DNA from: the human T2T-CHM13v2.0 reference genome, Homo sapiens
Length of the DNA: 64,000 nucleotides
Reading direction: 5' to 3' (one strand)
Assembly: GCF_009914755.1 (NCBI RefSeq)
Contig: NC_060945.1
Shown here: piece by piece, positions 50,501 to 64,000 of the stretch
Layout: each line of letters opens with the position of its first letter
Numbering within the stretch: position 1 is the first letter of the stretch
Translations under genes and position numbers: made by a program
The notes under the pieces: model-generated
The model's database searches: none
What the model saw: only the letters and a program-made list of their open reading frames with translations
What the model was told of the DNA's origin: nothing

Positions 50501-53500
50501 TTCACCGTAGGCGTCAAGGCGATCGAAATGTCCACTTTCACAAACTACAAAAAGAGTGTTTCAAACCTGCTCTATGAAAGGCCATGTTCATCTCTATGAG
50601 TTGAATGGATATATCCGAAAGAAATTTCTGGGAATGCTGCTGTCTAGTGTTTATACGAATTCCCGATTCCAACGAAATCCTCAAAGCAATCCAAATATCC
50701 ACTTGCAGAATCCACAAAAAGAGTGTTTCAAAACTGCTCTATCAATAGAAATGTTCAACTCTTTTAGTTGAGTACACACATCACGAACAAGTTTCTGAGA
50801 ATGCTTCTGTCTGGCTTTTATTGGAAGACGTTTCCTTTTCACCAAAGGCATCAAAGCGCTCCATATGTCCACTTCCAGATTCTTCCAAAAGACTGTTTCA
50901 AACGTGCTCAAAGTAAGGGAATGTTCAACTCTGTGACTTGAATGCAGATATCACCAAGTAGTTTCTAATAGTGCTTCTGTCTAGATTTTAGATGATGATA
51001 TTCCCGTTTCCAACGAAATCGTTAGAGCTATCCAAATATCCAGTTACAGTTTCTACCAAAAGGGTGTTTCCAAATTGCTGCATCAAAAGAAAGGTTCAAC
51101 TCTGTTAGTTGAGGACACACATCACAAAGAAGTTTGTGAGAATGCTTCTGTCTAGATTTTGTATGACGATATTCCCTTTTCCAACGATATCGTTAAAGCA
51201 ATCTAAATATCAATTTGCAGAATCCACAAAAATAGAGTTTCAAAGCTGCTCTGTAAAAAGAAAGGTTCCACTCTGTTAGCTGAGTACACACATCACAAAC
51301 TTGTTTCTGAGAATCCTTCTGTCTCGTTTTTATGGGAAGATATTTACTTTTCCACCGTAGGCATCAAAGCGCTCCAAATGTCCACATCCAGATACTCCAG
51401 AAAGAGTGTTTCAAACCTGCTCTATGAAAGGGAATCTTCAACTCTATGAGTTGAATGCAGACATCAGAAAGAAATTTCTGAGAATGCTGCTGTCTACCTT
51501 TTATTTGAATTCCCGCTTCCAACGAAATCCTCCAAGCTATCCAAATATCCACCTGCATTTTCCACAAAAAGAGTGTTTCAAAACTGCTCTATCAATAGAA
51601 ATGTTCAACTCCTTTGGCTGGGTACACACATCACAAACAAGTTTCTGAGAATGCTTCTGTCTAGTTTTTATGGGAAGACGTTCCCTTTTTCACCAAAGGC
51701 ATCAAAGCGCTCCAAATGTCCACTTCCAGACACTACAAAAAGAGTGTTTCAAACGTGCTCTAAGAAAGCGAATGTTCAACTCTGTGACTTGAATGCAGAT
51801 ATCACAAAGTAGTTTCTGAGAGGGCTTCTGTCTAGATTTTAGATGATGATATTCCCGTTTCCAACGAAATCATTAGAGCTATCCAAATATCCACTTACAG
51901 TTTCTACAAAAAGAGTGTTTCCAAACTGCTGCATCAAAAGAGAGGTTCCACTCTGTTAGCTGAGTACACACATCACAAACTTGTTTCTCAGAATCCGTCT
52001 GTCTCGTTTTTATGGGAAGATATTTACTTTTTCACCGTAGGCATCAAAGCGCTCCAAATGTCCACATCCAGATACTCCAGAAAGAGTGTTTCAAACCTGC
52101 TCTATGAAAGGGAATGTTCAACTCTATGAGTTGAATGCAGACATCAGAAAGAAATTTCTGAGAATGCTGCTGTCTACCTTTTATTTGAATTCCCGCTTCC
52201 AACGAAATCCTCCAAGCTATCCAAATATCCACTTGCAGATTCCACAAAAAGAGTGTTTCAAAACTGCTCTCTATCAATGGCAAAGTTCAACTCTGTTAGT
52301 TGAGGACACATATCACCAACAAGTTTCTGAGAATGCTTCTGTCTATTTTTTATGGGAAGATATTTCCTTTTTCACCGTAGGCGTCAAGGCGATCGAAATG
52401 TCCACTTCCACAAACTACAAAAAGAGTGTTTCAAACCTGCTCTATGAAAGGCCATGTTCATCTCTATGAGTTGAATGGAAATATCCGAAAGAAATTTCTG
52501 GGAATGCTGCTGTCTAGTTTTTATATGAATTCCCGCTTCCAACGAAATCCTCAAAGCAATCCAAATATCCACTTGCAGAATCCACAAAAAGAGTGTTTCA
52601 AAACTGCTCTATCAATAGAAAGGTTCAACTCTTTTAGTTGAGTACACACATCACAAACAAGTTTCTGAGAATGCTTCTGTCTGGCTTTTATTGGAAGACG
52701 TTTCCTTTTCACCAAAGGCATCAAAGCGCTCCAAATGTCCACTTCCAGATTCTTCCAAAAGAGTGTTTCAAACGTGCTCAAAGTAAGGGAATGTTCAACT
52801 CTGTGACTTGAATGCAGATATCACCAAGTAGCTTCTAATAGTGCTTCTGTCTAGATTTTAGATGATGATATTCCCGTTTCCAACGAAATCGTTAGAGCTA
52901 TCCAAATATCCAGTTACAGTTTCTACCAAAAGGGTGTTTCCAAATTGCTGCATCAAAAGAAAGGTTCAACTCTGTTAGTTGAGGACACACATCACAAAGA
53001 AGTTTGTGAGAATGCTTCTGTCTAGATTTTGTATGACGATATTCCCTTTTCCAACGATATCGTTAAAGCAATCTAAATATCAATTTGCAGAATCCACAAA
53101 AATAGAGTTTCAAAGCTGCTCTGTAAAAAGAAAGGTTCCACTCTGTTAGCTGAGTACACACATCACAAACTTGTTTCTGAGAATCCTTCTGTCTCGTTTT
53201 TATGGGAAGATATTTACTTTTCCACCGTAGGCATCAAAGCGCTCCAAATGTCCACATCCAGATACTCCAGAACGAGTGTTTCAAACCTGCTCTATGAAAG
53301 GGAATCTTCAACTCTATGAGTTGAATGCAGACATCAGAAAGAAATTTCTGAGAATGCTGCTGTCTACCTTTTATTTGAATTCCCGCTTCCAACGAAATCC
53401 TCCAAGCTATCCAAATATCCACCTGCATTTTCCACAACAAGAGTGTTTCAAAACTGCTCTATCAATAGAAATGTTCAACTCCTTTGGCTGGGTACACACA

Positions 53501-56500
53501 TCACAAACAAGTTTCTGAGAATGCTTCTGTCTAGTTTTTATGGGAAGACGTTCCCTTTTTCACCAAAGGCATCAAAGCGCTCCAAATGTCCACTTCCAGA
53601 CACTACAAAAAGAGTGTTTCCAACGTGCTCTAAGAAAGCGAATGTTCAACTCTGTGACTTGAATGCAGATATCACAAAGTAGTTTCTGAGAGGGCTTCTG
53701 TCTAGATTTTAGATGATGATATTCCCGTTTCCAACGAAATCATTAGAGCTATCCAAATATCCACTTACAGTTTCTACAAAAAGAGTGTTTCCAAACTGCT
53801 GCATCAAAAGAGAGGTTCCACTCTGTTAGCTGAGTACACACATCACAAACTTGTTTCTCAGAATCCTTCTGTCTCGTTTTTATGGGAAGATATTTACTTT
53901 TTCACCGTAGGCATCAAAGCGCTCCAAATGTCCACATCCAGATACTCCAGAAAGAGTGTTTCAAACCTGCTCTATGAAAGGGAATCTTGAACTCTATGAG
54001 TTGAATGCAGACATCAGAAAGAAATTTCTGAGAATGCTGCTGTCTACCTTTTATTTGAATTCCCGCTTCCAACGAAATCCTCCAAGCTATCCAAATATCC
54101 ACTTGCAGATTCCACAAAAAGAGTGTTTCAAAACTGCTCTCTATCAATGGCAAAGTTCAACTCTGTTAGTTGAGGACACATATCACCAACAAGTTTCTGA
54201 GAATGCTTCTGTCTATTTTTTATGGGAAGATATTTCCTTTTTCACCGTAGGCGTCAAGGCGATCGAAATGTCCACTTCCACAAACTACAAAAAGAGTGTT
54301 TCAAACCTGCTCTATGAAAGGCCATGTTCATCTCTATGAGTTGAATGGATATATCCGAAAGAAATTTCTGGGAATGCTGCTGTCTAGTTTTTATACGAAT
54401 TCCCGATTCCAACGAAATCCTCAAAGCAATCCAAATATCCACTTGCAGAATCCACAAAAAGAGTGTTTCAAAACTGCTCTATCAATAGAAAGGTTCAACT
54501 CTTTTAGTTGAGTACACACATCACGAACAAGTTTCTGAGAATGCTTCTGTCTGGCTTTTATTGGAAGACGTTTCCTTTTCACCAAAGGCATCAAAGCGCT
54601 CCAAATGTCCACTTCCAGATTCTTCCAAAAGAGTGTTTCAAACGTGCTCAAAGTAAGGGAATGTTCAACTCTGTGACTTGAATGCAGATATCACCAAGTA
54701 GTTTCTAATAGTGCTTCTGTCTAGATTTTAGATGATGATATTCCCGTTTCCAACGAAATCGCTAGAGCTATCCAAATATCCAGTTACAGTTTCTACTAAA
54801 AGGGTGTTTCCAAATTGCTGCATCAAAAGAAAGGTTCAACTCTGTTAGTTGAGGACACACATCACAAAGAAGTTTGTGAGAATGCTTCTGTCTAGATTTT
54901 GTATGACGATATTCCCTTTTCCAACGATATCGTTAAAGCAATCTAAATATCAATTTGCAGAATCCACAAAAATAGAGTTTCAAAGCTGCTCTGTAAAAAG
55001 AAAGGTTCCACTCTGTTAGCTGAGTACACACATCACAAACTTGTTTCTGAGAATCCTTCTGTCTCGTTCTTATGGGAAGATATATACTTTTCCACCGAAG
55101 GCATCAAAGCGCTCCAAATGTCCACATCCAGATACTCCAGAACGAGTGTTTCAAACCTGCTCTATGAAAGGGAATCTTCAACTCTATGAGTTGAATGCAG
55201 ACATCAGAAAGAAATTTCTGAGAATGCTGCTGTCTACCTTTTATTTGAATTCCCGCTTCCAACGAAATCCTCCAAGCTATCCAAATATCCACCTGCATTT
55301 TCCACAACAAGAGTGTTTCAAAACTGCTCTATCAATAGAAATGTTCAACTCCTTTGGCTGGGTACACACATCACAAACAAGTTTCTGAGAATGCTTCTGT
55401 CTAGTTTTTATGGGAAGACGTTCCCTTTTTCACCAAAGGCATCAAAGCGCTCCAAATGTCCACTTCCAGACACTACAAAAAGAGTGTTTCCAACGTGCTC
55501 TAAGAAAGCGAATGTTCAACTCTGTGACTTGAATGCAGATATCACAAAGTAGTTTCTGAGAGGGCTTCTGTCTAGATTTTAGATGATGATATTCCCGTTT
55601 CCAACGAAATCATTAGAGCTATCCAAATATCCACTTACAGTTTCTACAAAAAGAGTGTTTCCAAACTGCTGCATCAAAAGAGAGGTTCCACTCTGTTAGC
55701 TGAGTACACACATCACAAACTTGTTTCTCAGAATCCTTCTGTCTCGTTTTTATGGGAAGATATTTACTTTTTCACCGTAGGCATCAAAGCGCTCCAAATG
55801 TCCACATCCAGATACTCCAGAAAGAGTGTTTCAAACCTGCTCTATGAAAGGGAATCTTCAACTCTATGAGTTGAATGCAGACATCAGAAAGAAATTTCTG
55901 AGAATGCTGCTGTCTACCTTTTATTTGAATTCCCGCTTCCAACGAAATCCTCCAAGCTATCCAAATATCCACTTGCAGATTCCACAAAAAGAGTGTTTCA
56001 AAACTGCTCTCTATCAATGGCAAAGTTCAACTCTGTTAGTTGAGGACACATATCACCAACAAGTTTCTGAGAATGCTTCTGTCTATTTTTTATGGGAAGA
56101 TATTTCCTTTTTCACCGTAGGCGTCAAGGCGATCGAAATGTCCACTTCCACAAACTACAAAAAGAGTGTTTCAAACCTGCTCTATGAAAGGCCATGTTCA
56201 TCTCTATGAGTTGAATGGATATATCCGAAAGAAATTTCTGGGAATGCTGCTGTCTAGTTTTTATACGAATTCCCGCTTCCAACGAAATCCTCAAAGCAAT
56301 CCAAATATCCACTTGCAGAATCCACAAAAAGAGTGTTTCAAAACTGCTCTATCAATAGAAAGGTTCAACTCTTTTAGTTGAGTACACACATCACGAACAA
56401 GTTTCTGAGAATGCTTCTGTCTGGCTTTTATTGGAAGACGTTTCCTTTTCACCAAAGGCATCAAAGCGCTCCAAATGTCCACTTCCAGATTCTTCCAAAA

Positions 56501-56932
56501 GAGTGTTTCAAACGTGCTCAAAGTAAGGGAATGTTCAACTCTGTGACTTGAATGCAGATATCACCAAGTAGTTTCTAATAGTGCTTCTGTCTACATTTTA
56601 GATGATGATATTCCCGTTTCCAACGAAATCGTTAGAGCTATCCAAATATCCAGTTACAGTTTCTACCAAAAGGGTGTTTCCAAATTGCTGCATCAAAAGA
56701 AAGGTTCAACTCTGTTAGTTGAGGACACACATCACAAAGAAGTTTGTGAGAATGCTTCTGTCTAGATTTTGTATGACGATATTCCCTTTTCCAACGATAT
56801 CGTTAAAGCAATCTAAATATCAATTTGCAGAATCTACAAAAATAGAGTTTCAAAGCTGCTCTGTAAAAAGAAAGGTTCCACTCTGTTAGCTGAGTACACA
56901 CATCACAAACTTGTTTCTGAGAATCCTTCTGT

Positions 56933-58122
56933 CTCGTTTTTATGGGAAGATATTTACTTTTCCACCGTAGGCATCAAAGCGCTCCAAATGTCCACATCCA
57001 GATACTCCAGAACGAGTGTTTCAAACCTGCTCTATGAAAGGGAATCTTCAACTCTATGAGTTGAATGCAGACATCAGAAAGAAATTTCTGAGAATGCTGC
57101 TGTCTACCTTTTATTTGAATTCCCGCTTCCAACGAAATCCTCCAAGCTATCCAAATATCCACCTGCATTTTCCACAAAAAGAGTGTTTCAAAACTGCTCT
57201 CTATCAATGGCAAAGTTCAACTCTGTTAGTTGAGGACACATATCACCAACAAGTTTCTGAGAATGCTTCTGTCTATTTTTTATGGGAAGATATTTCCTTT
57301 TTCACCGTAGGCGTCAAGGCGATCGAAATGTCCACTTCCACAAACTACAAAAAGAGTGTTTCAAACCTGCTCTATGAAAGGCCATGTTCATCTCTATGAG
57401 TTGAATGGAAATTTCCGAAAGAAATTTCTGGGAATGCTGCTGTCTAGTGTTTATACGAATTCCCGCTTCCAACGAAATCCTCAAAGCAATCCAAATATCC
57501 ACTTGCAGAATCCACAAAAAGAGTGTTTCAAAACTGCTCTATCAATAGAAAGGTTCAACTCTTTTAGTTGAGTACACACATCACGAACAAGTTTCTGAGA
57601 ATGCTTCTGTCTGGCTTTTATTGGAAGACGTTTCCTTTTCAGCAAAGGCATCAAAGCGCTCCAAATGTCCACTTCCAGATTCTTCCAAAAGAGTGTTTCA
57701 AACGTGCTCAAAGTAAGGGAATGTTCAACTCTGTGACTTGAATGCAGATATCACCAAGTAGTTTCTAATAGTGCTTCTGTCTACATTTTAGATGATGATA
57801 TTCCCGTTTCCAACGAAATCGTTAGAGCTATCCAAATATCCAGTTACAGTTTCTACCAAAAGGGTGTTTCCAAATTGCTGCATCAAAAGAAAGGTTCAAC
57901 TCTGTTAGTTGAGGACACACATCACAAAGAAGTTTGTGAGAATGCTTCTGTCTAGATTTTGTATGACGATATTCCCTTTTCCAACGATATCGTTAAAGCA
58001 ATCTAAATATCAATTTGCAGAATCCACAAAAATAGAGTTTCAAAGCTGCTCTGTAAAAAGAAAGGTTCCACTCTGTTAGCTGAGTACACACATCACAAAC
58101 TTGTTTCTGAGAATCCTTCTGT
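56933..58122 (-). repeat. 7-mer HOR variant, second copy
   Basis: 1,190-bp spacing. It has the same junction and the same private variants (atttccgaaa, agcaaagg) as the 46393 copy, 10,540 bp away. Confidence 0.93.
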
Positions 58123-61100
58123 CTCGTTTTTATGGGAAGATATTTACTTTTCCACCGTAGGCATCAAAGCGCTCCAAATGTCCACATCCAGATACTCCAG
58201 AAAGAGTGTTTCAAACCTGCTCTATGAAAGGGAATCTTCAACTCTATGAGTTGAATGCAGACATCAGAAAGAAATTTCTGAGAATGCTGCTGTCTACCTT
58301 TTATTTGAATTCCCGCTTCCAACGAAATCCTCCAAGCTATCCAAATATCCACTTGCATTTTCCACAAAAAGAGTGTTTCAAAACTGCTCTATCAATAGAA
58401 ATGTTCAACTCCTTTGGCTGGGTACACACATCACAAACAAGTTTCTGAGAATGCTTCTGTCTAGTTTTTATGGGAAGACGTTCCCTTTTTCACCAAAGGC
58501 ATCAAAGCGCTCCAAATGTCCACTTCCAGACACTACAAAAAGAGTGTTTCCAACGTGCTCTAAGAAAGCGAATGTTCAACTCTGTGACTTGAATGCAGAT
58601 ATCACAAAGTAGTTTCTGAGAGGGCTTCTGTCTAGATTTTAGATGATGATATTCCCGTTTCCAACGAAATCATTAGAGCTATCCAAATATCCACTTACAG
58701 TTTCTACAAAAAGAGTGTTTCCAAACTGCTGCATCAAAAGAGAGGTTCCACTCTGTTAGCTGAGTACACACATCACAAACTTGTTTCTCAGAATCCTTCT
58801 GTCTCGTTTTTATGGGAAGATATTTACTTTTCCACCGTAGGCATCAAAGCGCTCCAAATGTCCACATCCAGATACTCCAGAAAGAGTGTTTCAAACCTGC
58901 TCTATGAAAGGGAATGTTCAACTCTATGAGTTGAATGCAGACATCAGAAAGAAATTTCTGAGAATGCTGCTGTCTACCTTTTATTTGAATTCCCGCTTCC
59001 AACGAAATCCTCCAAGCTATCCAAATATCCACTTGCAGATTCCACAAAAAGAGTGTTTCAAAACTGCTCTCTATCAATGGCAAAGTTCAACTCTGTTAGT
59101 TGAGGACACATATCACCAACAAGTTTCTGAGAATGCTTCTGTCTATTTTTTATGGGAAGATATTTCCTTTTTCACCGTAGGCGTCAAGGCGATCGAAATG
59201 TCCACTTCCACAAACTACAAAAAGAGTGTTTCAAACCTGCTCTATGAAAGGCCATGTTCATCTCTATGAGTTGAATGGAAATATCCGAAAGAAATTTCTG
59301 GGAATGCTGCTGTCTAGTGTTTATACGAATTCCCGCTTCCAACGAAATCCTCAAAGCAATCCAAATATCCACTTGCAGAATCCACAAAAAGAGTGTTTCA
59401 AAACTGCTCTATCAATAGAAAGGTTCAACTCTTTTAGTTGAGTACACACATCACGAACAAGTTTCTGAGAATGCTTCTGTCTGGCTTTTATTGGAAGACG
59501 TTTCCTTTTCACCAAAGGCATCAAAGCGCTCCAAATGTCCACTTCCAGATTCTTCCAAAAGAGTGTTTCAAACGTGCTCAAAGTAAGGGAATGTTCAACT
59601 CTGTGACTTGAATGCAGATATCACCAAGTAGTTTCTAATAGTGCTTCTGTCTACATTTTAGATGATGATATTCCCGTTTCCAACGAAATCGTTAGAGCTA
59701 TCCAAATATCCAGTTACAGTTTCTACCAAAAGGGTGTTTCCAAATTGCTGCATCAAAAGAAAGGTTCAACTCTGTTAGTTGAGGACACACATCACAAAGA
59801 AGTTTGTGAGAATGCTTCTGTCTAGATTTTGTATGACGATATTCCCTTTTCCAACGATATCGTTAAAGCAATCTAAATATCAATTTGCAGAATCCACAAA
59901 AATAGAGTTTCAAAGCTGCTCTGTAAAAAGAAAGGTTCCACTCTTTTAGCTGAGTACACACATCACAAACTTGTTTCTGAGAATCCTTCTGTCTCGTTTT
60001 TATGGGAAGATATTTACTTTTCCACCGTAGGCACCAAAGCGCTCCAAATGTCCACATCCAGATACTCCAGAAAGAGTGTTTCAAACCTGCTCTATGAAAG
60101 GGAATCTTCAACTCTATGAGTTGAATGCAGACATCAGAAAGAAATTTCTGAGAATGCTGCTGTCTACCTTTTATTTGAATTCCCGCTTCCAACGAAATCC
60201 TCCAAGGTATCCAAATATCCACTTGCATTTTCCACAACAAGAGTGTTTCAAAACTGCTCTATCAATAGAAATGTTCAACTCCTTTGGCTGGGTACACACA
60301 TCACAAACAAGTTTCTGAGAATGCTTCTGTCTAGTTTTTATGGGAAGACATTCCCTTTTTCACCAAAGGCATCAAAGCGCTCCAAATGTCCACTTCCAGA
60401 CACTACAAAAAGAGTGTTTCCAACGTGCTCTAAGAAAGCGAATGTTCAACTCTGTGACTTGAATGCAGATATCACAAAGTAGTTTCTGAAAGTGCTTCTG
60501 TCTAGATTTTAGATGATGATATTCCCGTTTCCAACGAAATCATTAGAGCTATCCAAATATCCACTTACAGTTTCTACAAAAAGAGTGTTTCCAAACTGCT
60601 GCATCAAAAGAGAGGTTCCACTCTGTTAGCTGAGTACACACATCACAAACTTGTTTCTCAGAATCCTTCTGTCTCGTTTTTATGGGAAGATATTTACTTT
60701 TTCACCGTAGGCATCAAAGCGCTCCAAATGTCCACATCCAGATACTCCAGAAAGAGTGTTTCAAACCTGCTCTATGAAAGGGAATCTTCAACTCTATGAG
60801 TTGAATGCAGACATCAGAAAGAAATTTCTGAGAATGCTGCTGTCTACCTTTTATTTGAATTCCCGCTTCCAACGAAATCCTCCAAGCTATCCAAATATCC
60901 ACTTGCAGATTCCACAAAAAGAGTGTTTCAAAACTGCTCTCTATCAATGGCAAAGTTCAACTCTGTTAGTTGAGGACACATATCACCAACAAGTTTCTGA
61001 GAATGCTTCTGTCTATTTTTTATGGGAAGATATTTCCTTTTTCACCGTAGGCGTCAAGGCGATCGAAATGTCCACTTCCACAAACTACAAAAAGAGTGTT

Positions 61101-64000
61101 TCAAACCTGCTCTATGAAAGGCCATGTTCATCTCTATGAGTTGAATGGAAATATCCGAAAGAAATTTCTGGGAATGCTGCTGTCTAGTGTTTATACGAAT
61201 TCCCGCTTCCAACGAAATCCTCAAAGCAATCCAAATATCCACTTGCAGAATCCACAAAAAGAGTGTTTCAAAACTGCTCTATCAATAGAAAGGTTCAACT
61301 CTTTTAGTTGAGTACACACATCACGAACAAGTTTCTGAGAATGCTTCTGTCTGGCTTTTATTGGAAGACGTTTCCTTTTCACCAAAGGCATCAAAGCGCT
61401 CCAAATGTCCACTTCCAGATTCTTCCAAAAGAGTGTTTCAAACGTGCTCAAAGTAAGGGAATGTTCAACTCTGTGACTTGAATGCAGATATCACCAAGTA
61501 GTTTCTAATAGTGCTTCTGTCTAGATTTTAGATGATGATATTCCCGTTTCCAACGAAATCGCTAGAGCTATCCAAATATCCAGTTACAGTTTCTACCAAA
61601 AGGGTGTTTCCAAATTGCTGCATCAAAAGAAAGGTTCAACTCTGTTAGTTGAGGACACACATCACAAAGAAGTTTGTGAGAATGCTTCTGTCTAGATTTT
61701 GTATGACGATATTCCCTTTTCCAACGATATCGTTAAAGCAATCTAAATATCAATTTGCAGAATCCACAAAAATAGAGTTTCAAAGCTGCTCTGTAAAAAG
61801 AAAGGTTCCACTCTGTTAGCTGAGTACACACATCACAAACTTGTTTCTGAGAATCCTTCTGTCTCGTTTTTATGGGAAGATATTTACTTTTCCACCGTAG
61901 GCATCAAAGCGCTCCAAATGTCCACATCCAGATACTCCAGAAAGAGTGTTTCAAACCTGCTCTATGAAAGGGAATCTTCAACTCTATGAGTTGAATGCAG
62001 ACATCAGAAAGAAATTTCTGAGAATGCTGCTGTCTACCTTTCATTTGAATTCCCGCTTCCAACGAAATCCTCCAAGCTATCCAAATATCCACCTGCATTT
62101 TCCACAACAAGAGTGTTTCAAAACTGCTCTATCAATAGAAATGTTCAACTCCTTTGGCTGGGTACACACATCACAAACAAGTTTCTGAGAATGCTTCTGT
62201 CTAGTTTTTATGGGAAGACGTTCCCTTTTTCACCAAAGGCATCAAAGCGCTCCAAATGTCCACTTCCAGACACTACAAAAAGAGTGTTTCCAACGTGCTC
62301 TAAGAAAGCGAATGTTCAACTCTGTGACTTGAATGCAGATATCACAAAGTAGTTTCTGAGAGGGCTTCTGTCTAGATTTTAGATGATGATATTCCCGTTT
62401 CCAACGAAATCATTAGAGCTATCCAAATATCCACTTACAGTTTCTACAAAAAGAGTGTTTCCAAACTGCTGCATCAAAAGAGAGGTTCCACTCTGTTAGC
62501 TGAGTACACACATCACAAACTTGTTTCTCAGAATCCTTCTGTCTCGTTTTTATGGGAAGATATTTACTTTTTCACCGTAGGCATCAAAGCGCTCCAAATG
62601 TCCACATCCAGATACTCCAGAAAGAGTGTTTCAAACCTGCTCTATGAAAGGGAATGTTCAACTCTATGAGTTGAATGCAGACATCAGAAAGAAATTTCTG
62701 AGAATGCTGCTGTCTACCTTTTATTTGAATTCCCGCTTCCAACGAAATCCTCCAAGCTATCCAAATATCCACTTGCAGATTCCACAAAAAGAGTGTTTCA
62801 AAACTGCTCTCTATCAATGGCAAAGTTCAACTCTGTTAGTTGAGGACACATATCACCAACAAGTTTCTGAGAATGCTTCTGTCTATTTTTTAAGGGAAGA
62901 TATTCCCTTTTTCACCGTAGGCGTCAAGGCGATCGAAATGTCCACTTTCACAAACTACAAAAAGAGTGTTTCAAACCTGCTCTATGAAAGGCCATGTTCA
63001 TCTCTATGAGTTGAATGGATATATCCGAAAGAAATTTCTGGGAATGCTGCTGTCTAGTGTTTATACGAATTCCCGATTCCAACGAAATCCTCAAAGCAAT
63101 CCAAATATCCACTTGCAGAATCCACAAAAAGAGTGTTTCAAAACTGCTCTATCAATAGAAATGTTCAACTCTTTTAGTTGAGTACACACATCACGAACAA
63201 GTTTCTGAGAATGCTTCTGTCTGGCTTTTATTGGAAGACGTTTCCTTTTCACCAAAGGCATCAAAGCGCTCCATATGTCCACTTCCAGATTCTTCCAAAA
63301 GACTGTTTCAAACGTGCTCAAAGTAAGGGAATGTTCAACTCTGTGACTTGAATGCAGATATCACCAAGTAGTTTCTAATAGTGCTTCTGTCTAGATTTTA
63401 GATGATGATATTCCCGTTTCCAACGAAATCGTTAGAGCTATCCAAATATCCAGTTACAGTTTCTACCAAAAGGGTGTTTCCAAATTGCTGCATCAAAAGA
63501 AAGGTTCAACTCTGTTAGTTGAGGACACACATCACAAAGAAGTTTGTGAGAATGCTTCTGTCTAGATTTTGTATGACGATATTCCCTTTTCCAACGATAT
63601 CGTTAAAGCAATCTAAATATCAATTTGCAGAATCCACAAAAATAGAGTTTCAAAGCTGCTCTGTAAAAAGAAAGGTTCCACTCTGTTAGCTGAGTACACA
63701 CATCACAAACTTGTTTCTGAGAATCCTTCTGTCTCGTTTTTATGGGAAGATATTTACTTTTCCACCGTAGGCATCAAAGCGCTCCAAATGTCCACATCCA
63801 GATACTCCAGAAAGAGTGTTTCAAACCTGCTCTATGAAAGGGAATCTTCAACTCTATGAGTTGAATGCAGACATCAGAAAGAAATTTCTGAGAATGCTGC
63901 TGTCTACCTTTTATTTGAATTCCCGCTTCCAACGAAATCCTCCAAGCTATCCAAATATCCACCTGCATTTTCCACAAAAAGAGTGTTTCAAAACTGCTCT

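Larger units (their letters stand above)
1..64000 (-). repeat. Centromeric alpha-satellite HOR array, 11-mer 1,870-bp unit, chr13/21 family (D13Z1/D21Z1, alphaRI-680, SF2)
   Basis: Uninterrupted ~171-bp monomers. The ORF track recurs at 1,870-bp steps (1570, 3440, 5310, 7180). EcoRI sites at 1713, 2393, 2733 and 3583 give 680/340/850 bp. The reverse complement reads GAATTCAAATAAAAGGTAGACAGCAGCATTCTCAGAAATTTCTTTCTGATGTCTGC, which I recognise as the chr13/21 alphoid. CENP-B boxes occur in alternate monomers. Confidence 0.97.
42653..64000. repeat. Multi-HOR tandem duplication inside the array (offset 10,540 bp, then 12,410 bp)
   Basis: Private variants recur at +10,540: cttgaact 43449/53989, cgttct 44529/55069, aatctac 46295/56835, gcacc 49494/60034. 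They then recur at +12,410: tcattt 49632/62042, taaggg 50483/62893, ccatatg 50864/63274. Confidence 0.9.

Noticed and set aside
42-63977. Hundreds of 63-184 aa ORFs on both strands (MFQTCSMKG..., MWKMQVDIW...)
   Set aside because: They recur with the satellite period, overlap in several frames, often begin at GTG/TTG, and resemble no protein family I recognise. They are chance open frames in alpha satellite.
1-64000. CRISPR-like or other repeat-spacer system
   Set aside because: There are no unique spacers and no cas or other genes; the whole sequence is tandem ~171-bp monomers.
1-64000. Transposon insertion (L1/Alu), inversion or non-satellite island
   Set aside because: All unit lengths are whole multiples of the monomer within 1-2 bp, orientation is constant, and I saw no poly-A tail or foreign sequence.
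1-64000. Synthetic alphoid array (human artificial chromosome construct)
   Set aside because: Layered haplotypes, many private SNVs and several structural variants indicate a natural array. I saw no tetO/lacO or vector sequence.

Overview
The whole 64 kb window is primate, almost certainly human, centromeric alpha-satellite DNA. It consists of ~171-bp monomers in one orientation (reverse of the usual consensus), organised as a 1,870-bp 11-monomer higher-order repeat (HOR). The EcoRI period of 680+340+850 bp and the alternating CENP-B-box/pJalpha monomers match the chromosome 13/21 active array (alphaRI-680, D13Z1/D21Z1, suprachromosomal family 2); recalled diagnostic bases favour chr21. I count 36 complete units: 25 11-mers, seven 9-mers (1,528 bp), two 7-mers (1,190 bp), one 13-mer (2,210 bp) and one 10-mer (1,699 bp, better read as a 6-mer plus a 4-mer). 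There are no credible genes, RNA genes, transposons, CRISPR arrays or inversions, and all listed ORFs are by-products of the repeat. I found no new gene system; the interest lies in array architecture. (1) A very homogeneous left domain (1 to ~31.3 kb) is built from a 9+11 super-unit of 3,398 bp, and every HOR in it has lost CENP-B box 4 or box 5 in a near mutually exclusive pattern. (2) A rearranged, variant-rich junction zone spans ~31.3-38.9 kb. (3) A right domain has mostly intact boxes and contains a ~10.5-kb tandem duplication, with one extra HOR in the second copy. All counts and variant calls were made by eye and from ORF-track periodicity, and should be confirmed by alignment.
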